Origin: Trichodelitschia bisporula
Lineage: Eukaryota
Length of the DNA stretch: 64,000 nt
Direction: 5' to 3'
NCBI GenBank assembly: GCA_010356995.1
Contig: ML996699.1
Coordinates: forward strand, 62,001 to 126,000
A program made the position numbers and the translations under genes. The notes beneath the pieces are model-generated. The model saw only the letters and a list, made by a program, of their open reading frames with translations, did not search any database and was not told the origin of the DNA. The stretch's first letter is position 1. Each line of letters starts with the position of its first letter. Of the stretch, positions 13,559 through 25,413 are shown in pieces.

Positions 13559-14688
13559 TCACCGCCCATATCTCTGCAGCAATTCCTGGTACCGTTTGTA
13601 CATCGGGTGCTCACGCCTAACGCCATGCTGCCGCACCAAGTGCGACCATTGAGGAAAGTCGTCGTGGAACTTCGCCTCTAGCGACCAGTTTTTGATGTCA
13701 CTAATATGCTCATAGAAGCGGTCGTAAAGGCTGAGCATGGGTTCGAACTTCCTCCGCATGCTTCTCCCTTCCCACGCGGGGTTCTCATCTGGATCCGAAT
13801 CCGAATCCCAGCCCGATTCCATACTCGGGGTCCTTCTCCCACTCCACGTAGTTGCAGCTGCCAGGCGGCACCTCATTGAACACGCTATCACAGTCGTCGT
13901 TCCATTGGGCCTGCAGGATGTAGGGGGAAGACTGAAGGAGAGACACCCCGTACTCGAAAACCCCGTCGGGGTTTCGTACGAGTGCCTCACGGAGTTTTGG
14001 CCTGGCAGTTAAATCAGCGGGCCAGTAGCCTAGGAAGTGAAGGCAAACTCACCATGGTACATAGTCTACCCAGAGAGGGTTCTCCACGGATAACTGTACC
14101 GGTAGCGGCCGTAGCCAATAGGGCATGTCATTGTAGGTCTCCGTTGACGGGGCGATCAATCACCTCGTATAGAGGAACGCAAAATTTATGACCGCGAGAA
14201 GCGTCTCAAGGGAATCGGTATCGTATTCATCGCCCAGCATGTGGGTAAACAACTTCGACAGCGGGTGTAATCTATCCGCAAACTTCCCCGTGACTAGCAC
14301 GTTCCAGTCCGGCGTGCACCAGCCTTCATATTTGCGGTGCAGCGTACCCTCCGACAATTTACGGCGTTGATCTGCCACGAATGCGAGGATCTTGCGGTCT
14401 AGGCCAGTCTCAGTTACGACAGAGTTGTTGAGCGGGAGTGTCGTCTCGGAGTTTGGGCCTAGGGATTCTTTCGCTTCGGCGGGCGGCGGTTCCCAAGCGG
14501 GTATCGGGTCGGGGGACGCGCTCGGGAATCGAGCTCGATTGGCCGCTCGCGCGACCCCAGAATCGGCATCTTGCGCTTGGGCTTCGCGGGCTTGGATACG
14601 GCGGTGCGGACGGGTGGGAGGGGTGCTGAGGACCGTGGCCGGGCTGCTGCTGGGCGAGTGCTGCGCGAGTGCTGCGCGAGCCTGACAT
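13559..14688 (-). pseudogene. DUF3425-type protein, copy 2 (disabled)
   Basis: MPYWLRPLPVQLSVENPLWVDYVPW-PKLREAL...NWSL..FPQW. Lesions: 11-bp duplication at 14657-14678, 1-nt deletion near 14525, TGA replacing Trp at 14160-14162, frameshift near 13820. Confidence 0.82.
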
Positions 14689-15110
14689 GGCTGCGTCGAT
14701 TGATGAGCGTGGTTGATGGGGGTTTGTCGGTTGGATGGACCTGGAAATGTGAGCGATTGGCGACGAAGCACGGAACAGAGGTATCACGTACTGCGAGGAT
14801 TTGTGGAAGTGGTTGTAGGTTTTTGGTGTGGCTAACTACGGGAGTTGCGGTTTTATCTAAGGGGCCTTGAGGAAGGAGCATTCCATCCGGCTGCGGGGGG
14901 AGGTGAGATCTTTGGGGAGAAGAAGCCAATCTGGGTGAAGCCCCAAAATTTGGCCGACGCGCTACTACCGTACCGTAGTAATCCTGATCGCGCTCTTTCT
15001 TTTTGAAGCGTTGTCATGTGGGATGAGGGTCGCGCCTTACGCCACACTTTTGTGGCGTTGCGATAGAGTAGCTACCCCTTGCCAAGTACTCGTAAGGTCC
15101 ACGACAGAAC

Positions 15111-15314
15111 TGATGTGGGTATGGAAGGAGCATTGTCATGTCAGGAAGGGGCGTATGATATAATGCGAGTATGATAGAAGGAAGGAGCAAAAGAGAATAC
15201 TGGGCATCGTGTATTTAATCTCGAGACCCTCAGACTTTCTTCCTCTCTTCGTCTTCTACTTCAATCTTCAGTTTACACAGATGTTTTGTCTGTATACGAA
15301 CCTTGCTCCCATCA
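15111..15314. mobile_element. Solo-LTR-like dispersed repeat, copy C
   Basis: TGATG...CATCA inverted termini and flanks AGAAC/ATAAC (5-bp TSD, one mismatch). It begins exactly where similarity to the paralogous sequence ending CGACAGAAC at about 13081 breaks. Confidence 0.65.
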
Positions 15315-15609
15315 ATAACTACATTGCCATTGGCTCTCGATTTTCGAAAATCCTAGCGCGTGGTTGATTGGGAGGTGAACGTAAGTCTTGAGGGGGGTGT
15401 ATACGGAGTATATCAGTTCCCTCCCCCAGGCAAATAGAAGCATTACATCTATCGTTAGGCAGCCCGTTGAACGCTCACTTGCATCAGTGCTGTCAAAGCG
15501 TGGACGTGCGCGAAGGAATGCACTGGCAGCGTTGCTATTTAACGGTCGGCGCTAACGAATCGAGGCCATTTCACTGCTTTCATCTCCGACTCAACACATT
15601 CCCAAGGCG

Positions 15610-16751
15610 TCATCCTACAGGGTCACTCGACACCAAGTGCTTCCACTGGGGAAACGGCTCATCGAAGTCTGACCCCATCGTCCAGTTCCCGAGCTCGCGA
15701 ATGTGATACTCGAAATCGTCATGGAGCGACATCTCATGTTTCCCCTCTTTCTTCTTATATTTGCCCCCCCACTACTCGGGCTCCGGTGACTCTGACCTAC
15801 GCATCAAGCCCGGTTCATAGTCGTAGCCCGTCTCCCACTCCTCTTAGTAGTAACTGTTTGGCGGGATCTCGCTCCATACGGTATCACAATCACCGTTCCA
15901 CCTAACGCACAGGTCGAGAGGGTAGGGTTGTAAGCAGGACTCGAAATCGAAAGCTTCGTCGGGGTTTCGTATGGAATGCCTCGCGCAGCTCTGGCCTGGC
16001 GGTTATATTAGCGGGCGAGTTGAGACCTGGGGGCGAACTCTCCACGGAAGGTAGTCTATCCAGAGCGGGTGCTCTACGGATAGCTGTATCGGCCGCGGAC
16101 GCAACCACTCCGGCATAGCAGAGTATGTTCTCTGGGATGGGGCGATCAGCCACTTCGTATATAGGAACCCGAGGTATATCATCCCGATAACATTACTGGG
16201 GGAGTCGTTCTCGTATTCATCCCCCAACGCGTCGGTAAACAGCTTCGACAGCGGGTGCGAGAAGGTAAACTCCGTCGCATCCCCCATAGCCAGCACATTC
16301 CAGTTCGGCTCACACCAGTTATTATCATATCCGTATTTATCCACCAACGTTCCCTCCGCCAACTTGCGTCGCTGGTCCGCCATGAGTTCGAGGATCTTGC
16401 CGTCCAGGCCGTACTCACTCACTTCAGAGTTGTTGAGCGGCAGCCCCGTGGCAGACACTTTGACTACGGGCAGCAGAGCCACGTCGAGTATCGGTTCTGG
16501 GGACGCGCTCGCATGATCGAGCTCGATTGGCTGCTCACGCGAATCTAGGATCGGGTTCGCGGCGTGCGAGGGGGGTGACTTCGAAGGTGCCGAGACTTGC
16601 TTGAGCTTCGGCTTCGCAGCTTTCTTGGGCTTCGGCTTTGCGGGCTTCGACACGGCGGTGCGCGCGGGGGGGATGGCGCTGGGACCGGTGAGAGGGACGC
16701 TGGGACCGGTGGCCAGACTAGTGGCCGGCGAGTGCTGCGTGATGCTGGCAT
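15610..16751 (-). pseudogene. DUF3425-type protein, copy 3 (disabled)
   Basis: FLYTKWLIAPSQRTYSAMPEWLRPRPIQLSVEHPLWIDYLPW. Lesions: frameshift near 16675, splice donor GT>GA at 16041, +1 insertion near 15973, downstream stops. Confidence 0.8.
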
Positions 16752-17523
16752 TTTGCGTGATGGTTGATGGGTGTAGGCGCTGATGCGCGGGCGCGTGGGT
16801 GAGGAGTGGTTGCGTTGGCCTGGGGAACTGAGCAATTGGCGACGAGTACGGAATTATGGAAAAGATGCCTGAGAAGACGAAGTAACTGAACTGTTATGGT
16901 CGGGTCCTGAAGAAGACGAAGCAAACTCGGGAGTTGGGCCCCATAATTTCCGTAGTCTGCCAGTTACGTAGTATACGCGCTACCACGCGGTGGAAAAAGT
17001 AAAAAGGTCAAAACAATCCGCTTCCTCGATGAAGATCAACAGGTCCGCGATGACATTACGCCCCTCGGCGCGGGATAGAAAGCGTCTGAACTTGGTCTGC
17101 GGGGACGTTTAAAATGTTGGGAATGCATGCGTACACGGTGTTCCGAAATGATATCCTTTCCTCGATCATCGCATGGATTGCGATCTTTTTTCTTGACGTG
17201 TCATCGTGTGATGCTTGCGATGGGGGCGCGCCTTACGCCACATTTATGTGGCGTTGCGGCACAGCCACACCTTGTCAAGCAAACTACGTAGGATGTCGAC
17301 GATAACAGCACTCGTCGGCGACGGTCATGGTCGTTTTAACATGGTCGTATCGGCTATGAGTGCGGCGTAGCAACTGGCGCCGGCACGGCGGCGAGTACGG
17401 CTTTCGGCAAGGATCGGGCTTCCGTGGACAAGAAGCTGAGTCAGTAAACAGATTGCACCCGCTCTCCAACCGGGGGATATACAATACCACCTGGGCCGAG
17501 TCCTGGAAGCCGGCTGTCAAGCT

Positions 17524-18747
17524 TCACCCCAGCTTACTCCGCAACCACGACTCTACTACCCTCGCCGTCTCCCTCTTCCGAAATCCAAGTACCGTATCAA
17601 TAACAACAATATCATGCGCCGCCTCGAGCTCCACAAAGAACCCCACCTCCCAGCCAGCCCGCACGTCTTCAAACTTCTCCTTAAACTTCCCCACCCAGGC
17701 TCTAATCCCATCAATAAATACCTCCCCGCCTCCAGCACAAACCAATACATCCTGCACCTTACGGCTTGCACCCGCCCACCATTCCGGCCCCGCAGTCAGT
17801 GGCTCTGAGTACGCATCACTTTTGCCACCGCCCAGGAACGCCTCCGCCCAGCGCTCCAGCGGCACGGCATCAAGAACGTCGCGCTGTGCATTGCGCCGGT
17901 ATGAGCCGTGCGTTGTATTGAACGAAACCCAGGGGCTGAGCAAGAGAACACCACGGAAGGGCGTGTCGATAGACCCGATGAAGGGCGTGTCAAGCACCGG
18001 ACCTACGGGCGAGTAGTGCGTGGCCGTCCCTGGGTGCGGGTGCAGCATGTGCGAGAGCAGCGCGAGGACTAGGTTTCCGCCCGCTGAGTCGCCGGCCAGG
18101 ATGATCTGTGCGGTGTTAGCCGATGGTGCTGGGGCGGGTGGCGCGTACGTCGGTCGTCCTGCGGTACTCGATCACTAGCAGGTGGTACACCAGCTCGGCG
18201 GCCTGCGCGAGTTGGGTTGGGTACGCTGCGTCGGGTGCAAGAGTGTATGCGAGGAGGAGGATTGCGATGGAGTTGCCGTCGGTGTTAAGCGCGTCCACCA
18301 GGCTCCACAGGTACTTCACGTGGGCTGGCGACGCGGCGTTGGCGTACCCGCCGCCTGGGGGTCAGCCTCGCAATCGCATGCGGAGCAGCGCATACCGTGG
18401 AACCACACGAGGACAGTTTTGGCGCGCGGATCGCCTAGCCAGTGCGCCTGTGCGCCGCGGGGGAGGACGAGGGTTGAGGGTGGGACATTCCGCGCCCTAC
18501 AGGACGCGAGGTAGACTTCCGTCGTTGGTTTGAGGATGAGGCGCGAGGCGCTAATGGAGTCGTGATGGAGGTATGTGCGTAGTGCGGTGTACAGTACGTC
18601 TCGAAGGTAAGTTGGGGCACCGGTGGAGTGGAAGGGCGAGCTTATGGCTCGGATTAGGAGGGCGAGGAGCGTGCGGGTGAGATTCACGACGATAGAGAGA
18701 ATGGTGAGGGCCGCAATGCTGGAGTTTGGGGGCGGGGAGCTCGGCAT
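17524..18747 (-). CDS. Alpha/beta hydrolase, Say1/Mug180-like (steryl acetyl hydrolase family), 3 exons
   Basis: Hydrophobic N-terminus, VWFH-GGGY across the 41-nt intron 18355-18395, YTLAP..YPTQL, AGDSAGGNL, LLLSPWV and AAHD. Confidence 0.88.
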
Positions 18748-19295
18748 GGTGATGGTGAGGGCGGAATTGGTGATGTTCGCGCGCTTCGTCGCCAACGAGC
18801 GATGCCATGTCGTTGACATCCCATGCTTGGCAAGGCGGTTTGGTGGTTGTACGGTACCACAGCGCCTCAGATGTGTGGCGTAAGGCGTAATGCGCCACAC
18901 AGTCGCGGGTTGTTCATGCTGTTGTGCCAATAATGGACGAGAGATGTTGATGGTCATCGCTTACGGGCCACGCAAAAATGTCGCGGCCGCTTTTGTCCGC
19001 AAAATGCCTATGCAGGGCGGCCATGATTTCTTCAGTGGCTCTTCGTCGGGTGCTGTCTACGCCGGTTGCGTCGGGGGCGGCTTCATGGCGGCCGATCGGG
19101 TGAGTATCCGTGGTCAGTGCCGTACTTTGTGACCGCCCCTTTCTTACGTGCCTTTTGATTGGCCTCTAATCGGGGTTTTTTATTGCTTTCTGTGGTAGCG
19201 CGTGCTAGTACCATGGTTAGGTACGCGTAACTCCGAGCCCTGGAACTACGGATGTACTGCTTCTTCTCTTCCTCTTCCCCAGCAGCTCAGTTTCT

Positions 19296-20673
19296 ATGCT
19301 GAAGCACCACACCCATCTACCACCTCAAACAATGCTGCCAATGGTCGCACCGCATAGTGGCCGGAATACGGAACGTCAGAAGGATACAGCGCCAGCCGAT
19401 AACCCCGTGTCCAAAGTGACGAAACGCAAGCACGATATTGACAGCTCAACCAGCAACGCCGCCGTACCCAAGCCAGCGAAGCGCAAGCGCGAGCATGGCT
19501 CGCTTACAACCGACCGCTCGTGCAGTGTTGCCAATACCACGCCTAAACAGCCGGCCAGCGAGCACGTCGACAAGGTCAAGGACATCGACCCTTTCAAGAC
19601 AATGCAGTTGCTATTTGCCAAGGATTATTATCTCTCTCGCTCACTAGAGGAGTGGTACAAGCTCCAATCGCTTCTTTCCGAGGTGGTGCGTCGGTGCAAG
19701 TGTTTCCGTCTCATTCCCCATATCAGCCATTATGTACTCTAGGGGCTCACTCACTGCGCAGCCTTGGACTCCGTGAAGAAACTAAAGCCCCCGTACCCTT
19801 CGCTGCCGCCCATAGAGACCTCGATTAGGCCTGCGACTGTGCTTGCGGCGTGGTCTGCGACAAGCCTGCCATCAAAGAGGGCGGACCCCTGGGGCCCGTG
19901 TGCGCTTTGATACTGCCACGCATCCACCGTCAAACTTGCGACGAATGCTGCGGTGATACCAACCCCCCACTGCTTGACTTCGTAGTGGAACAGCACGGCC
20001 GGGCGGCGCTGGGCATACCGCTTAACGTAATTTAGGGCATTTGCAGCTTCACCGCGATGATCGAGCCGCTCACGGTGTACAAGGACAAGCTATGGTACTT
20101 GTGCGGCATCTTCCTGGCCTCTTACAACTCGAAACCGAACCGGAAGATGTGGCTGTCATGTATATGGGGTACCTACTTCTGAAGTGGATGGCCGCACCGT
20201 CTGCCGAGAACTACCAGAGAATGCCGGAGTGTCTGCGACCGCTGCCGATACAGATATTCAAGGCACACTCTTTCTGGAAGGACTTCGTCCCATGGTAAGT
20301 CACTCTCTCTTCGCAGGCCGCTCGCCCGCTAACAGTCAGGCCCAAACTGCGTCAGGCGCTCATCAAAGAGCCCGACGAGGCCGAACATTACCCTTACTAC
20401 TGCGAGCCCTAACCCCGCAGCCTATTGGTCAACTGGAAAGATTACGGGGACAAGCCCGTGTTCTCCCAGTCGTCGTATTACGCGGTGGACCCGGAGTCGG
20501 ACGAGGAGACGAGCCCGAAGCCGAAGGTGAAGCGGCGCGAAAGGTGGCTTAACCTTAACCCCGACTTCGAGGCCCATATACACAATATCGACAACTGGAC
20601 GCTGGGGAAGGAGTTCCGTGACGCATTTCCCCAGTGGGCGCACTTCGTGCCGCGCAAATCGAAGAAGGAGTAG
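19296..20673 (+). pseudogene. DUF3425-type protein, copy 4 (inverted, disabled)
   Basis: LLLKWMAAPSAENYQRMPECLRPLPIQ..HSFWKDFVPW-PKLRQALI...LNPDFEAHIHNIDNWTLG..FPQW. In-frame TAG at 20033-20035, TAA at 20410-20412, and a frameshift between 20040 and 20150. Confidence 0.78.
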
Positions 20674-21427
20674 GCGTGTTACTGCTGCATTCCGGCACTG
20701 TGGATTTTCGGGTACAAGGCACTGGGAAGTGGAATGTACGGACCTGGGTGTTTTATGACGTCTTTGTCTGCCGCTATCACTGTGGTGTCTGCTACGGCAC
20801 GATGGTAGCACGATAGCTGATTCGGGCTCGTGTTTCCGGCAATGGCGTTTGCTGAATATGGCAACACAGAGTGGCCTTATATCTGTAGTCTCTACATCCT
20901 CAAGTTAATGTTTTGAATTCTGATCTCTAATTACCGTTTGCCGTGTCGTGAACCTAGGCGCTGGGGGGTTAGACGTTGATGGCGGTGCAGATGTTCACGG
21001 TGCGACAGGTGGAGTTGATCATCGTATTGAGACTACCTTCTTCATGAGTCTAAGCCATGGACGTCAAATTTGGTACAGTGACCTTTGCAGGGGAGATGAA
21101 AGAGTCAGTTCCCTTCATGTACCCTTCGATGACCTCCGAATCATACCCGGGCGTGGACCAGAGCCGCACACTGGTTACCTCGGTTCATATGGAGTCCAGT
21201 ATATCTCCATCGAACTGGCGAGACCCAGAGTTCTTGCAGCCTTGGAATGAGCATTTTTCTCATTTTACCCTCACATAGCGACGATAGCTTCAAGTCGCGC
21301 ATTTTATCTCAGCAGAGATAGTTTCCACATCCGGCCTAGCGCCCCTCTCTTCCCCTGCCGCACCTCCAACTCCACGACCCAGGGATCCCCACACCCGCAT
21401 CACCACCAAACCACCCCCACCAGCCGA

Positions 21428-22240
21428 ATGGGCCTCCTCCTCTACCTCACCCGCCTCCCCTCCTTCCTCTGTCGCCTCCCCTCCCGCCTCCGTCGCAAGG
21501 CGCGCCGCCGCCGCCTCGGCACAATGCTCCTCCTCGCCCTCATCCTCCTCGCGCTCCTCCTGCCTCTCATCGCCATCTACAAGCCGCCCGCCTTCCTGAT
21601 CCGCTACTTCCAGCGCCGCTGGCCTGATGTCCTGTGGACGGTGCCTACGACGCAGCCGGTCGTTGCGCTGACGATTGATGACGCGCCGTCGGAGTATACG
21701 CCTGGAATTGCGCACTTGCTGGAGGAGAATGCTGCACATGCGACGTTCTTCGTCATCGGCGCACAAGTCCAGGGCCGCGAGCGCACGCTCCAGGACCTGG
21801 TGACGCAGGGCCATGAGCTGGGCAACCACGCGATGCACGACGAGGCCTCGGCGCGCCTAGGCGACGGGGAACTGGAGGCACAGATCCAGACCGTGGACAA
21901 GCTTATCGCGAACGCGTACGCAGGTGCCGGGGCCATGCTCCCGCGGCGATACTTCAGGCCTGGAAGCGGAGTGTTCTCGAAGCGCATGCGGGCGCTGGTC
22001 AAGAAACTCGGGTTCAGGATCGTGCTGGGCAGCGTGTACCCACATGATGCGCAGGTGGGATATGCAAGAGTCAATGCGTGGCATGTGCTTAGCGGCGTAA
22101 AGCCGGGTGCGATTGTGGTGTGTCATGATCGGAGGGGGTGGACGGGGGAGATGTTGGGGATTGTGTTGCCGGAGTTGAAGAGGAGGGGGTATCGGGTTGT
22201 TACTGTGTCGGAGCTGTTGAGGATTGGGGGGGTGGATTGA
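21428..22240 (+). CDS. Polysaccharide deacetylase (CE4/NodB family) with N-terminal membrane anchor
   Basis: ALTIDDAP, ATFFVIG, GHELGNHAMH, YFRPGSG, GAIVVCHD and GYRVVTVSEL motifs. Single exon. Confidence 0.92.
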   Translation: MGLLLYLTRLPSFLCRLPSRLRRKARRRRLGTMLLLALILLALLLPLIAIYKPPAFLIRYFQRRWPDVLWTVPTTQPVVALTIDDAPSEYTPGIAHLLEENAAHATFFVIGAQVQGRERTLQDLVTQGHELGNHAMHDEASARLGDGELEAQIQTVDKLIANAYAGAGAMLPRRYFRPGSGVFSKRMRALVKKLGFRIVLGSVYPHDAQVGYARVNAWHVLSGVKPGAIVVCHDRRGWTGEMLGIVLPELKRRGYRVVTVSELLRIGGVD

Positions 22241-23455
22241 GGGACGATGTTGTAATGGTATTGAGATTGCTTGCGATGGGTCATGGAGATGACTCTCTGG
22301 AACGAATGATGCTCAACAAGCCTGCTGAGGCGGAAGATTGGGGCCGAGAGACACGGACTTCCGAGGGCGACGACAGGCCAGAAGGCAACTCTCTCGGAAT
22401 CGAGAACAAGAAGTAAAGGATTGCAATGTACAGTAGTCCGGACTTGGAATTGGGAGTCAAAAGGGGACTGGTGCTGGAATTAAGCTCATACGGTAGATGG
22501 ATGGATCAGCGGATCTGGAGGTATCGCTGGCCTTTGAAGGCCAAACTCCTTCACCTAATTCTCAGAAAGAAGCTTTCAGCGAGTAGCTGGTATCCGCACG
22601 GGTCGCTCTGTGATCTTACTACGTAAGAACTTGCTTGACCGTTAATGCAGAGTAACTGTAGGCGGAGAGTGTGAAACCCCCAAAAGTACATCTAGACTTT
22701 TAGCATTGATCCTCTCGGACATTCTGATACGCTCGCAAGGCTGAAACCTGGACTTGAACTAGCGCGGCTGGAACAACAGTATCTATAAACAAGGTTGAAC
22801 ACTCCTATTCCATAATCCGAACCGCCAGGCATGTGCCTATCGGGCCCAAGCTAGAAGCCCATATGCTGTACATATCGTAGTAGTATGCATTTAGAGCGGG
22901 CGTAGTGAAATTGGCGGTAAACATTACGGAGCAGTCCCGTCGCGCTCGACGCACAATACATAACCACCCACGACACCGTTGGAAACCACTCCGTTATCAC
23001 CTCAACATGTCAAAAACCTCAACGATCTCCAGTCTGGACAATTAAGCACCAGCCTCATCAATTGCGCCCCAATCTCGATCGCATTTGCCCAGCTCCCGTA
23101 AAGCACTTGTTACATCATAACCTCCCAGACCAGGCAAGCCCCTCCGCCGATCAACAGCCTCCCCTTGCACAATTACCCCATCATGACGCCTTCCCAAACA
23201 CAAACGGACAAAACCTCACTCCAACCCTTCTGTCAAATCGGCAACACCCTAATTGCTCGAGTGTCCCTCCCCGATCCAACCATGCCCCCCGCGCGCTTCA
23301 CGTCATCGACACCCCACCTGCTCGTCGCCCGGCATATAAATCGGCGACGCAACACCATCCGCCTCCCACAACGTCCAACTCCCCTCCCCCCCCCTACGTT
23401 GCCATATCCCTTTCTCCCCACCAATACTCCATACACTCTCCTCCCCGCCGCAAAG

Positions 23456-24404
23456 ATGTTCTCCTCCTCGAGCCCCAAGAGCGGCAATGAAGTCTTCACC
23501 CTCGACAAGATCTTCGACGTCAAGGGCAAGGTCGCCTTGATCACCGGTACATCCCCCCACTCTCACCTATCAAACACCCTCTAACCACCCACCAGGCGCC
23601 GGCTCCGGCATCGGCCTCATGGCAACCCAAGCCCTAGCCGTCAACGGCGCAAAAGTCTACATCGTCGGCCGCACCAGCGAAAAGCTCGAAACCGTCGCCC
23701 AAACCTACGGCAAAAACATATCCGGGCAAATCATCCCCCTCACCGCCGACGTAACCTCCAAATCCGACATCACGCGGCTCTACGAAGAAATCTCCTCCCG
23801 CGAAAAGTGTCTCTGCATCCTCATGAACAACGCAGGGATCAGCTCCAGCTCCTTCGAGACCTCAGCCAGCTCCGCGCAGGAGATGAAGAAGAACCTCTTC
23901 GAGCCAGCGGAGGCGAAACCCGAGGACTGGACGAGCGTGTACAACACCAACGTCGCGAGCGTGTACTTCATGAGCACGGCGTTCATGCCGCTTCTCGCCG
24001 CGGCCACCGAGATGCATCCCGGTTTCTCAGGCACCATTATCAATACCACGAGCATCAGCGGGCTGGTCAAGTCCCCGCAGCACCACTTCAGCTACAACGC
24101 GAGCAAGGCGGCAGCCATCCACCTAACGCGCATGCTGGCGAACACGGTGGCGGAGAACGGGATCAAGGTGCGGGTGAACAGTATCGCGCCTGGCGTGTTC
24201 CCGAGCGAGATGACGGCGGGTGAGAGCGGGGAGGACCAGAAGAGCTTCATTCCGCGCGAGAAGTACGAGGACAAGGTCCCGGCGGCTCGGCCTGGGAATG
24301 ATCGCGACATGGCGGGGGCTGTGCTGTTCACTGTGTGCAATCAGTATCTCAATGGCCAGACGATTGTAGTGGATGGGGGTTACACGCTTGCTGCCGGGTT
24401 GTAA
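23456..24404 (+). CDS. Short-chain dehydrogenase/reductase, 2 exons
   Basis: TGAGSGIG across intron 23547-23595, NNAG, YNASK catalytic motif, RVNSIAPG and VDGG. Confidence 0.93.
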
Positions 24405-25413
24405 GCGGATACCTGAGTTTCGAAGTTCTCCATGGTTTTACCGGCGTCCATGATAGATTTTAGCGTGGCATAACGGGTTGTATCTGCTTTGACGCGCTTC
24501 TTTTAATCTTGTTGCGAATCTTACTGTGTTCACTGAGAAAGCCTCAAGTTGATAAAGTGCAAGCAAATGTCATTGTCGGCTGATATCCTATCCTACCGAC
24601 CCCGAAGAGTCCCCTCCTCACCCAGCATGCCGCATGTCCACAGGAGCCAAAAACAACGGAAAAAATGTCCCAAATCACACAAAAAGAGGTCCAACCACCG
24701 CACGCGCTGGGAACAGCGCAGTCACAGCAGCGAAGAAAAGGATAATGCAGTGTCCCATCTCTCCTGCAGCAAAAATTTCGCACAAAGTAACAAAAAAGTC
24801 GGGTCGCAAACTCTCAGCTGACGTTTCCAGAGAGCTTGAGTCAAGAAGCGGGTAAAAAAGTGAGGTCAAGGTGAGGGAAAAGGCGAGATAGAGGAGGGTG
24901 AGAAAATATGCATTGATGAGAAGGGGGATGAGAGCGGATGAGAGGTATCATGAGACGGTGTATGACAAGGATGACGACAGCGTCAGGTGGAGAAAATCGA
25001 GAGTAGATACACGCTCTGAGGCGGGTGATCGGATCGATGAGTGTGCCAGCAGAGCAGTCCAAGCAGTTCAAAGCAAGTGAGGAGCGCACAAGGCGGGGGA
25101 GTAAAAACACAGTCCCAGACGCAACACCGAACCCCAAAATTTGACAAAACTCCGGAAGCACGTCGAGAGCAGTCTTTTTGCGGCGCAGGGTCCACCAGTC
25201 CGCCTCTATCAGGTACCCAGGTACCTGCCCGCATACGAAAAGGTCCGCATGTGCCAGTGTCCGGCCGTCACGACACAAGAAAAGAAAAAACGCCCTCCAT
25301 CCCGTTCAAGTCGTTCAATCTGCATCGCGAGTCAAGAAAAAGAGTATTAGGCGCCCTAGGTGGCAGCGATTATGTCGGATAAAAACGAGTCACATCCCGG
25401 ATTTGAGAGGTAT

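Noticed and set aside
20948..22900. Short lower-GC ORFs flanking the deacetylase (20948-21278, 22426-22626)
   Set aside because: Possibly gene relics, but nothing is identifiable from the sequence alone.
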